Shown piece after piece: positions 12,904 through 23,629 of a stretch of 34,670 nt of DNA (within the stretch, counting starts at the first letter, position 1; each line of letters begins with the position of its first letter). Source of the DNA: Phoronis australis (taxonomy: Eukaryota > Animalia > Phoronida). Where the stretch lies: the NCBI GenBank assembly GCA_002633005.1, contig NMRA01000009.1, positions 391,061 to 425,730 of the forward strand. Direction: 5' to 3'. A program made the translations under genes and the position numbers. The notes beneath the pieces were generated by a model. That model saw only the letters and a program-made list of their open reading frames with translations. It was not told where the DNA came from and did no database searches.

Positions 12904-15900
12904 TTATTGAGCGAAAGCTTGTCTTTTTTAAGGCTCTCGGACCTTCTCAAGTTGTGTGGCCCGTATTCATTTCCCGTTGGAAGTCGTGGGTTTGGCCGCT
13001 TCTTCTTTTCCGATTTCTCGTTTGCATCTCTGTTGCCCTAGTTGAATTATCTTCATTCCTTGCTTGTCTGTCATCTGTATCGCATTCCCCAGTTGACAAA
13101 AATGTGGTATTTCCAGGATCTGTATCTTCTTCAGAACATTACTTTGGTCTCAACTGATTGTTATGACGATGCTAGATTGGACCACTTGGCATGACTTTCA
13201 CTTTGACAGAACGTGGGCCCATAACTCGGGTCACAACAGCAGGTACCAAGAGAGGGTCTCTACTTTGACGAGGCCCATAACACAAGGCATAACATGGCAT
13301 TCCAATGGTATACATATGAATCTTTGACACTGTTTGATCGGACTCAGCAATTTGTGATTTCGCAACATTTCTTGACTGCTTCCCTTGCGCTACATGAGCA
13401 GCTGAAGGACGTAAGCTGTCTAGCTTACAACGAATTTGTCTTCCATTTAATTGTTCGCTTGGAGAATAACCAGAATCTAGAGGTGTACGACGATGTTGCA
13501 ATAAAAACTCTTGTAACGCTGCTTTTGGCGACAAAGAAGATTTCCGTAGAGATTGCTTGAAAGTCTTACCAAACGCTCTGCAGCTCCATTTGTAGCTGGA
13601 TGGTAGGGGGCACCTGTAAGGTGTACAATACCACATTCTTGGCACCAAGCCTGGAATTCTTCAGAGTAAAATGTTGCTGCATTATCAGTTACTAACGTGT
13701 GAGGATAACCAAAATGCACAAACTCTCTTTCAAGCAATTCGGTTGTTGTTTTTGTTGACAGTGAACGTGTTGGCTGTATACATGGGTATTTAGAATACGC
13801 ATCTACCATGACCAACTAGTTTGCTCCAAGAAAGTTTATGGCATGATCAACATGAACACGGCTCCATGGATTTTCGGGTAGCATCCATGGATGAATAGCT
13901 GCTTTCGGTGATCAGTTTTGATGTTCAGCACAAGCCGTGCAATGGCGTACCAGTTCTTCAATATCCTCGTTCATATGTGGCCAATATACCACTGTCCGTG
14001 CTAGTTGCTTCATTCTCTGCATTCCGAAATGGCCAATATGAAGCAGATCCAACAACTGTTTTCGTAATCTCTTTGGAATAACTATCCGTGTACCATTAAA
14101 AAGACATCCATCTTCTGTGGTCAAGGTATCTTTAAATGTTCTGAAATATTTCAATTCTTCGGAATCCATAGAAACTGGCTAACACTTTATGGCATATCTC
14201 ATTGCTTTAGAAATGTCAGAGTCCTTGCTAGATTCTTTCTTAAGCAATTTAGAGTTAACAGGGTTCAATTGTAGACTTACTTGCTAAACAGAACAGACCA
14301 CATTCACGTCTGCTTGTTCTTCCTCCCTGTCGAATTTTGGATCCTTACCGCAGGGTAAGCCACTCAATGCATCTCATTAGAATGATCAAATGTTTTCCAA
14401 TGTGTATTCATACTGCCAAGATGTAACGCCTATCTTGCTAGTCGATTAGCAGCCATAGCTGGAACTCCTTTAGTTGATCCGAAAATAGAAACTAATGGTT
14501 TGTGATCAGTTATCAAAATGAAACGTCTTCCGAAAAGAAATTGGTGAAAACAATTGCCAGAGCCTCACGTTGAATTTGACTGTACCTCATTTGAGTGTCC
14601 GTGAGAGTCTTTGAAGCATTGGCAATCGGACGTTCACTACCATCAAGATAGCGATGAAATAGAACGGCTCCAATCCCAACATTAGAAGCATCATATGAAA
14701 TTCCCAACTGTTGTTTAGGATAGAAATGAGCCTGAACTGCATCTGTACACAGTATTTCTTTTAAACGCTGAAAAAATGCATTCTCCTCAGCTCCCTATTT
14801 CCATGGCACATCTTTGCGCGTCAAATGGCTCAGAGGAACAATCAAGGTAGATAAGTTCGGAATGAACTTTTCGTAAAATTGAGCAGATCCAAGGAACGAA
14901 CGTAGATGGGAAACATCTGATGGGGCTGGCATTTCAAAACAGCATCAACGTTGTTACCTTTTTAATGCCATCACGTGAAAGCATGTGATCAAATTATTCT
15001 ACAGTTTGCAGACCAAATGAGCAAGCGACATCTCATTCCATTGTCTTGCGAACGCTGGAGTAGGTTTCATAGATTCTAAAGATGTTCTTCTGCGTTGCGA
15101 CTGCTTACTAAAAATATCATCCAAATATAAAAAATATAATAAAAAAAAAAATCCAAATATACAAACACGCCGTTTAAATCGCTAGTTAATTTGTCCATGA
15201 TATCCTGGAAATAACCTGGGGCTGAACTAATCCCTAATGGCAATCTCTTTTGTGGAAGAACTCCACGATGTGTGGATAGTGCCAGACGTCTCTGACTTTC
15301 CGAAATTAATTCAATCTGATTATACGCATCAGCCAAATCAATTTTCGTGAAATAAAAGCCGCCACTGAGCTTTCGTATAAGATCTTCAGGCAGGGGTAGC
15401 GGATGACGATCAGTTTCAAGCTGAGGATTTATCGTTACTGAGTAATCTCCGCATACTCTTAATTTCCGTTTACTTTGGCCAGGACGCGGTGCTTTACTTA
15501 TAGAGACAACTGGTGTTCCATACTCGTTGAATTATGTAGGTTCCCAAATTCCACGTTTAATACCAGCATCATATGCCAGATTCAAGTCATCCAGTAATGC
15601 AAAAGGTACTGTGCGAGGTTTTCAAAATATTGGTTGGACATCAGGCTTGAATTTTACATCTAATTCGAAACCTTTTAAACATCCCAGTTCAGGTTTGAAT
15701 AGGTCTGGAAATTCATCGCACATGATTTTGCACGCGTGCTGAAACTGTACATCAATTTTCTTGTCCTCATGACAAACAACACCAACTTTGTCATTTTGGT
15801 TGTCATCACGCAAAATGGAATTCCTCATTTTGGTTGTCATCACGCAAAATGGAATTCCTCATTTTGGTTGTCATCACGCAAAATGGAAGTCCTACAGAGT

Positions 15901-17128
15901 GCAGTGACATTAATCTTTAGCTGTCGAACTACCGTTCGGCCTACAATATTCAAATTGTGTTTGCTTACTGCTAATTCAATGTTTGCTGTATGCTGCGAAT
16001 CGGACTGTAATGTTGCGTTTGTACTGAAAATTCCCAAAACTGGTAATGGTTTTTCATTTGCCGCGAAATAGTGACTGTGTTATGGAAATAAAACAGATTT
16101 TCCAAGTTTAAACCAAACCTTCTCCGAAATGAAATTGTCCGGTGATCCAGTATCTGCGTCAAATGCCAGTTTTTTGCCGCATATGTGAACAACAATCTGA
16201 ATTGGATCTCGATCCGAAATGTGATAAACTTTCTGTTCTGGCCTTGCTAAAATAGTGCTTACTTTATCCCTAGCCTTTCTTTTGCTTAGACATACAGCCT
16301 CTACATGACCTTTCTTGTGACAGAAACGGCATTCAGTCTCTTTAAAACGACAGTCCATTGCCACGCGGTCTTTTTTCACAACGGGGACATGTTCCCTTAG
16401 GAAAATCCCTAAATTTCTGTGCTTTGCCCTGCCTGCTTTCTTCCCTCCTTTTCTTTTTTAAGCACTGGATCTCCGTAAATCGTTTCTTTTGCAACTTCGG
16501 ACGCCTCTTCAATTTCTGTTGCTATTCCTATGGCTTTCTTAAAAAATAATTCGTCATCTTTTATTTTGAAGAGGGTTTTTAGGACCGCCTCATTATTAAT
16601 TGGACAAATCAATCTAGTTCTCATAGCTTCCTCCTGAGGATCCTTTATTGTTGGAAAATCGCATTTTGCAGCTTTTTGTCGAATACTAGCTGCTAACTCC
16701 TGTATTGTCTCACCTGGATGTCTTCTTGTGTTAGACCAAAATTTGAATCTCTCCTAGACTACAAAATACTTCGAATCGAATTGATTCTCCATAAATGTTG
16801 TAATTTCATTGATTGTCAATTGAATGATATCCTTGGAAGGTGTCTGCTGCTCTACCAAAGTTGCAAGCAACTTATAAACTGTAAGCGTCTGATTCGTCAA
16901 GAAAGTTTGTGAAAGTTTTTCCATAGGTATGGAGTGTGCCCCTGCAAATGTTTGGAATCTGGACCAAAAATCCTTCCAGAGTTCCACTGAACTGTCGAAC
17001 GCACCAAAAGCTGGCGTAAATGTCGTTGGTTGGTGCATCAGCCTTCTAGCGATCATCTCAGCAAAACGCTGATGATTCTCTTGCTGTTGGTTGATTTGTT
17101 GTTGTAATAACGAAATAATGCCAGCCAA
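12904..17128 (-). pseudogene. gag-pol polyprotein, multiply frameshifted
   Basis: Gag CCHC knuckle CRFCHKKGHVEAVC; protease FDADTGS; RT DAYNQI..LPLGISSAPGYFQ..YLDD (interrupted); RNase H DASNVGIGAVL; integrase LHIGHFG..CTAC, VDAYSKYP, LVTDNA, NGAAER. Confidence 0.95.
15791..15888. repeat. 34-bp tandem triplication inside pol
   Basis: tcattttggttgtcatcacgcaaaatggaattcc starts at 15791, 15825 and (partial) 15859. Confidence 0.92.
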
Positions 17129-17146
17129 CTCACCCGTCTTTTTTAT

Positions 17147-17165
17147 ATCCTGCCAACTACCCCCA
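17147..17165 (-). other. Primer-binding site, tRNA-Ser-like
   Basis: The + strand reads atcctgccaactaccccca; the metazoan tRNA-Ser 3' end as I recall it is ATCCTGCCGACTACGCCA. It lies 5 nt inside the 5' LTR boundary. Confidence 0.75.
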
Positions 17166-17170
17166 AAATC

Positions 17171-17290
17171 TGTTATGTTTTTGTAATAGAAAGAAGCAGA
17201 AACGTATAAAAGAAATGTAAAATATATTGACAGGAATTCAGAATGACGTCACAAAAGGATGACGTCATAGAAAACTACAACATCACAACA
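17171..17290 (-). repeat. 5' LTR (120 bp)
   Basis: TGTTATG...CACAACA; partner of 12775..12893; contains two TGACGTCA palindromes. Confidence 0.95.
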
Positions 17291-17484
17291 TGTTGACGTT
17301 CCTTTTTCGTTGCCATGAGTCATTTCTTGTGAACTGTAAGCCTACGACCACCACACTTTTCTCAAAAGTTTGTTCGAAAATTGACCAATCACTATACTGG
17401 AAGGGTGCCGCGCGATTTGTCAATTTTCTAGTCGAGTCTCTAGTAAAGTTTGATGGTGACGGGACGTGTTTTACAATAGTTTAA

Positions 17485-18796
17485 AGGCGAAGGCAACCTT
17501 TTTTCATGTCAGTTTTAGCAAAAATAAGGTTCGTTGATTATCCCAAAAATATTTTTCACTTATTTACTGCTTTTCGTAATTTAATTAATTACTCGTCGTC
17601 TACTCAGGAAGTGACGTTTCGGGAGGCAAGAATTTCGCGCCAATTTCTTTTCATATAGTCTGACTGTGAGAGCAGTCGAGTCAGTCATTGTTCTACCTCG
17701 GTTGTCGTTTGCTTTTGCTTACGAGTCAGTGGCAACATACCACACTGTTACTGCGTTCTGGGGTGTACTCATTATCGTCTCACGCACAGAGGAAGAACTG
17801 TCCCACTCCCCGAGTGTCCCGCAACGCACTCCCACTGGAGGGTGAACTGAGCACCCAAACTGCTTACATCCCGCCGTATGACTCCCTCGCAACCTGGCAC
17901 CTTCTAAATAGCTCCAACACAAGTCCACAATGAACTTATCAAACTTAGGCTCACCGATGTGTTCATTGGATGACGAACTGTCCTCTTCGCTGGGTGTCGA
18001 ACTGGGACTGTATTCACTACCACTACTCAACATCGCTGCAGGGATGCTTACAGGCTCTGGTCTAGATACAACAGCACAGGGCGAATCACTGCTAGTTCCC
18101 GGAATTGCACGCAATGGGGTACTTTCGGAGGCACGCTTGACAGTTGATGAAGTGCCTCCAGTCACTGTATATAGTGGCCACAGCTCGCGAGGCTTCTCGC
18201 TTCAAAAACGCACTTCTCGTGGTTGGCGACGAGACACTGCCGAGAATCAACAGTGACGGTATGGTATGGTACCCTTCATCAGGCGTTGTTTCGCAGGGAC
18301 CTTCATCAATTCAGCGTATCTGTCATAATCTGACGGCAGAAAATACTTGCCTCACACTCGGTAACCTTCCTTTGCTTTGTACGTTGCGTGGACGGGTAGC
18401 GCTGCGTTCTGCACATGGACGAGCTAGCCAAGTACGGCGAAGTGTGCCATCCTTCGGAAAGCGACGCAAGGTACCCAAAACGCGTGTGAGACGATAATGA
18501 GTACATCCCGGCACGCAGCAACAGCGTGGCATGTTGACTGACTTGTAAGCAAAAGCAAACGACGACCGAACTTATCACAAACGAGGTAGAACAATGACTG
18601 ACTCGACAGCTCTCACAGTCAAACTATAATGAAAAGAAATTGGCGCAAAACTCTTGCCTCCCAAAACGTCACTTCCGGAGTAGAGGACGAGAAATTAATG
18701 AAATTACGAAAAGCTGTAATTAAGTGAAAAATGTGTGTGGGATAATCAATGAACCATTTTTGCTAAAAGTGACATGAAAAAAGGTTGCCTTCGCCT
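17485..18796 (-). mobile_element. Non-autonomous fold-back Kolobok transposon (1312 bp, ~300-bp TIRs)
   Basis: TTAA TSD (17481-17484, 18797-18800). Termini AGGCGAAGGCAACC / GGTTGCCTTCGCCT. Inverted similarity extends to ~17785 and ~18487. Confidence 0.92.
17786..18532 (-). pseudogene. Truncated Kolobok transposase: THAP domain, S/T-rich linker, Cys/His region; no DDE domain
   Basis: MPRCCCVPGC..FPKDGTLRRTW; frameshifted YRV*GKYF..DY..RLMKGTIPSL; then across frames EPKFDKFIV / LELFRRC / GAQFTLQWECVAGHSG / EWDSS, resembling Kolobok transposase N-terminal motifs. Confidence 0.8.
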
Positions 18797-19421
18797 TTAA
18801 ACAAGACGGCCGTTTCGGTAAAATACTCAGCACTTCATCTATAGAGTTATGTTTGTTACATGATGGGTAAAAGTTGTCAGATAGTGTCCCCTCACCTCAT
18901 TTCAGTTTTTAAAAAGTTAAAACCGCCGGTCCTTTAATAGTTTTCTGCATGTTGACAATATTTACTAAAACAACTATGTGATCATACTAATCCAATTTCA
19001 TATTTCCCAAATTTTGTTATGAGTTTTCAGTGTCACAGTAGAACCAATCAGAAGCACTTGTAGTTTCATAAAATCTAGTACGGACTAACCTTTCACACGA
19101 GTACGCCTACGCCGGCAAAGTTTGTCCGGCAAAGATAACTCTTTACTTTTCGTGTGAAAAATCTTTTAATGTCATGTTTGTCATGTAGTCTATTGACGTA
19201 GATTGTGCGACTCCGACGTCGAAACCCATGATAACCTACCCCACATGTTAAGTCTAAATTCACTCTAAATAAACTCATTGTTTTCATTCATTTATTCAAA
19301 TACGCTCATTGTTTTTATTCATTTATTCAAATTAAACTGCCGGCCACGTATCAGTAAAAGTACGCGAATCAAACAATTCAGTCACGTCTTCAGTCAGCGA
19401 ATAAATTTCGATTTGCCTGCC

Positions 19422-19495
19422 CTCGCTGGTTCCCTGCGTGCTTAGCCCAGCCAGCAGCTACCGCCCCACCTAGTGGCACGCAGGGAACCAGCGAG
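19422..19495. mobile_element. 74-bp miniature hairpin element (20-bp perfect IR)
   Basis: ctcgctggttccctgcgtgc (19422-19441) / gcacgcagggaaccagcgag (19476-19495). Related copies at 32118-32475. Confidence 0.75.
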
Positions 19496-20056
19496 ATGTC
19501 TGCCTAGCCATTTTTTATTCTGTATTTTAAGTTCTTTTTTCTTTGTAATGTGTTATAGTATAATATTCATAATGAAATCATTCCTCTTTTTTTCATTTTT
19601 TGTGCCAACCATGTTAAAGTTTAGGTAACATCATTCTTAATTTGTACCTTATTTTAGTTTCTCCCGTTATTGCATCGGTAGTTTATATTGTAACCCCTAG
19701 GTATTTGTCCCCTGTACATGTACACATTTTACGTAGAAATATAAACATTTTGTTGATACTCAACACAGTTTGATGTTTCGCTCATGCAGTGAGATAAATT
19801 GTTGAAACGAATTACTTAGTTTATTTTTGACTGAGATATAGGTGGCTTTCATGCAAGTGGCTCTTTAGCCTGCCTTGTTTTGATATTTATAAAGTAATCA
19901 GGGACTATTACACATGTAGTCCTAGTAAAACCTTAGTTTTGTTGTTTACCTTCGACCACTACAAGTCCTACTCCTGTTACTTTAGGATGCGATTAGCAAC
20001 TATAGGAGCGACTTGTGTAGATGAATGACTATTTGTACTATGAATGGCTAAATAAA

Positions 20057-20103
20057 CTATCTATTTATCTATCTATCTATCTATCTATCTACCTACCTAT
20101 CTA
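20057..20103. repeat. (CTAT)n microsatellite directly after AATAAA, possibly a CR1/L2-type LINE tail
   Basis: aataaa-ctatctatttatctatc... is visible. A LINE origin is inference only. Confidence 0.85.
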
Positions 20104-21156
20104 AACGTAGAACTATGAAAACTCCATTCAATTTTTACTGAGAACTCTCTTCTCCGAATAAACACAATGCAGTCGTATCTCTTATAACTAAACTTGTTTT
20201 TAGCGAAGTATCACAGTAACAAAGGGTACATTCACCTGTTTCCCTGAATCTCAGTCCTTTCACAAAAGTATCTTCATGGACCAACGGCGATCTGACTTCA
20301 CTTGCTGTTGACTTTTTGAAAGATCACAGTTTTATTTTAAACAGACTCATAACAGTCACGGGCTTGAGTAACAACAGACCTGCTGATCTTCACAATGAAC
20401 GGTTTTGGCTGGAAAAGGCGCAACTAGATTATGACAGTGTTATGTTCTAAGTGCCCGGTCACGCACGCGCTCATCGTGGGACGTACAAATATTCAAAATT
20501 GTCCCAATGCCCTCCAACTTTTATAACCAACCAATATGTTAGTCGTTGACTTCGGCAAATAACTAAGGGAAATTCGCACCATGAGTGAAAGCGTCTTAAC
20601 TGTCTTCAGAACGTTTCTATCTGCTTGTCTGTTTTCTGTATTGCGATGTTTCTTTTCATTACAAAATAATGTTGAGGCAATAACATTCAAATCTAACATT
20701 ACAAAATGTTAACGATAGTGTTGAAGTAGTTAATTATTTATCATACACTCTGACATACACACGTCAGTCACCCAGCGCAGGCTCCTCTCAGTTTAATTTT
20801 AATAAGTGTGCAATATATACATCTATCAGTGAAGGAATAACTTTGTCGGCAAAAATGCGATGGTATTTTTGCTGAATTTACCATTGCCCAGTCTACAAAG
20901 TAACATCACTCAAAATGACTGCCAACCATGACTCGCCATAATGATAACGACATTGTCCTTGTCAATCGAAATGAGAATGAAAGACTAGCCTTTAGTATAT
21001 GCATAAATTAATTCTGCGATTTTTTGCAGTTTTGAGGCCGTAAATTGAACTTCGAGTGGTGTAACTTTACGTCACTGTAGTAGGCCTATACGTGCATGAT
21101 ATAATGTAATATTTAACCTAGACTACTATTGTTTTTTTCGTCTTTTTTATTTCAAG

Positions 21157-21327
21157 ACACGAAACTCAGAGGGCTAGAATGGATTTACCCAGGGAAGATT
21201 TTTCAGGACGAAATCGCCATCCAACGGTTTACACCACCCATCAGGACGCGCTTCATTCGCCTTCATCCTAAAGGTTGGAGGGCAATCGCGGCAGTGCGTT
21301 GGGAACTCTATGGACCTGGATGTAAAA
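21157..21327 (+). CDS. Discoidin protein exon 4 (end of FA58C domain 1)
   Basis: Polypyrimidine tract plus ttcaag|. FTPPIRTRFIRLHPKGWRAIAAVRWELYGPGC. Donor |gtaggc. Phases 1/1 fit. Confidence 0.92.
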
Positions 21328-21574
21328 GTAGGCCTATGTCTCTTGTTCCGTTGAACAGTTTGCTCAAAGCATGGGATCTCAGCATTTGTATCAAAGGCCT
21401 GCCGTGTCGTTAAAGTTTATTGTCAGACATGCTGTACTGTCTACGGATTTTATCGTGGTGGGGAAAGGACATCGCACGCTTCGGATTTCGAGATTCCTAT
21501 TTATGTCAGGATCTTGAGATCCTAGCTATAACCGTCTTGGAATACCTTTATAGCGTCCTTTCCCAGCCACCATA

Positions 21575-21645
21575 AATGGGTGGCACAGCACTGAAAAAAG
21601 TGGGGGAGCTATAGCCCCCCAGCCCTCTATGGTGGGCCGCCCATG
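21575..21645. mobile_element. Degenerate hAT-like MITE related to 27974..28122
   Basis: Ends aatgggtggc / gccgcccatg. Flanks ccata / ccgta form an imperfect 5-bp TSD. Confidence 0.5.
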
Positions 21646-22190
21646 CCGTAGTATATTTTGTGATTAACAAGCTAAATATCTAAGCCAGTCAGTGACGAAG
21701 CAACATTGTGCGGTGGTTATCAGCAGCTTACCATTATTCAACGTATGCCAACTAGAGTTTTGATGTTTATGTTTTGAGCTATGACCCAATAAAAGTTTCA
21801 AGAGCCTCACAACAAGTCAACCTGTACCCAGTCTACTAACAATTGTATTTAATCTTCGCAACAGCATTACAGTCAAAGATTTCATGGCCTTCGTGGACAA
21901 CTGGAAACTGTATTACTCCTGCTATGTGACGTCACTGTTTCAAATGTCTTCTAAACCACAGGCTACTGAATCCCCTTTGTGTTCTGACATTTTTTTTTTT
22001 GATAAATTAATCTGACTTGATTTTACCTAGTTGGTGATTGCATCTATTACATAACACTCTTCCTTTTTGCGAGCACTGGTACTTACGATCTTCGGTAAAG
22101 TGGTTTTTCATGTAAAACTAGTCTTTGTACTGTTTGATTAAGACTTACAAGGTCAAGGTTCTCACAAAAATGGGCCTATTTGTGTTTCAG

Positions 22191-22342
22191 AAGGCAGCGA
22201 GATTGCCTTAATAGAGTCTACCAACGGAGACAGACTTCGTTCGAATGACAACCTTACAAAAATGAATGCACGTTTTTCTATCTTAAAATCTCGCCTTTCG
22301 TGGACTGGTCCAGCCAAACCAAATACTACCGATTGGGTTCAG
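22191..22342 (+). CDS. Discoidin protein exon 5 (FA58C domain 2, N-terminal part)
   Basis: Acceptor tgtttcag|. KGSEIALIE...NARFSILKSRLSWTGPAKPNTTDWVQ. Donor CAG|gtaatt at the same W-x-Q position as exon 2. Not in the ORF track. Confidence 0.88.
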
Positions 22343-22867
22343 GTAATTTATTTCGAGCTACCTGTCATGTCTGAACACCTGAAGAGGTTTTGAAGGTGCA
22401 CCAGTTAAATAACACAAAGTCATATACCTAATAAGTGCTCAGAGACACCGTAGCATTATTCGACAAATGGGAAACTTAAGATTTTTATTCGTCTTCAAAG
22501 TGAATTCACAATCATTAATTCTTAGTTGCCACAGAGCTCGACTTTCATTTTTTTGACATGTGAATAATAACTTGGTCATGGAGATCTTAACATAGTTTTG
22601 ATTCTCCGAGAAATGGAAATGTTCAGAAATATATACTTTACCAAAAATATATTCGCATCATTTTATGCGATCAGATTGAAGAGACTCCTGTTTGTTGTTA
22701 CCAGAAGCTGAAATATGAAATCTGATGGAGCCTCTGAGATACCAGCTTTTATGGATCAAACTATTCAATGTGTACCTTTATCTGAAAGGTACTGTTTATC
22801 TCTGTGACTCTTAATACACGTGATAGAATAATATCAACGGTGAGGACTTTACATTCTTTGTCTGTAG

Positions 22868-23150
22868 GTTGACCTTGGTTACCCTCGTGAAGTGACTGCT
22901 ATAGCAACCCAAGGCAGTCCACTAGCTCCCCAGTTCACGTCCACTTACTTACTAAAGTACGGCAACACCACTGATCAGATGAACGTGTACAATAACGGCA
23001 CTCCACTGAATGGCAATGGCAATCAAAACACCATAGTGGTACATCCTCTAGAGTCATTTGTGGCACGGTATGTGCGCGTTGAACCGAAGACGTACACCAA
23101 TAAACCAGCACTCAGATGGGAATTATACGGCCCTTCAGCACGGACAATAG
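22868..23150 (+). CDS. Discoidin protein exon 6 (rest of FA58C domain 2)
   Basis: Acceptor tctgtag|. VDLGYPREVTAIATQG...FVARYVRVEP...ALRWELYG. Probable phase-1 donor ATAG|gtacat; otherwise reads to the stop at 23167. Confidence 0.9.
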
Positions 23151-23629
23151 GTACATGTACGTTCTAGTAAAGCTATGTAGGATCGTAGGAAAATATCTCA
23201 GAAATGGTTCATCGGATTCATAAGAAACTTTCAGATACATATAGATTATTACATGGCGAAGTCGTTATCCCCCGTTATCTAGAGCCCGAGTGGATTTTGG
23301 AGAATTATCGCCCGAGGGGCAAACGCTATTAGGACGTGTTTTTCAAAATGTTCCATTTTGCACGAAAGGTTATAAAAATAGAATTTTTATGAAAACTGTA
23401 GCACGGTTATATCAAACAAAATTTGGTCATGTTTTTCACACTGTTTTTGATATCAATGTAACTTACTTTTTGCCAAGTTTTACAAAACAAATTATCACGG
23501 GCAGGTTGATAAAGGCAAAATCAAATTCTACAGGCTTGCTAATTTCAGACTATATATACTTTTACTGAGTTAAAATCAATAGTTTTGTATATATTTCACT
23601 AAATATACAGACTTGCCCGTAAGGTCCTA

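Larger units (their letters stand above)
12775..17290 (-). mobile_element. Full-length, decayed Ty3/Gypsy LTR retrotransposon (Mag-like), antisense in intron 3
   Basis: TG...CA LTRs at both ends. 5-bp TSD tgttg (12770-12774 and 17291-17295). Domain order gag-PR-RT-RH-IN. Confidence 0.97.

Noticed and set aside
17485-18796. piggyBac (TTAA TSD) or P element / host THAP gene
   Set aside because: Termini start AGG rather than CCY. THAP with a TTAA TSD and the downstream Cys/His motifs fit Kolobok. The frame is broken, so it is not a functional host gene.
21322-21327. Alternative donor gtaaaa at 21322 for exon 4
   Set aside because: Joining it to exon 5 creates TAA and removes the domain-closing Cys; the donor at 21328 keeps the frame.
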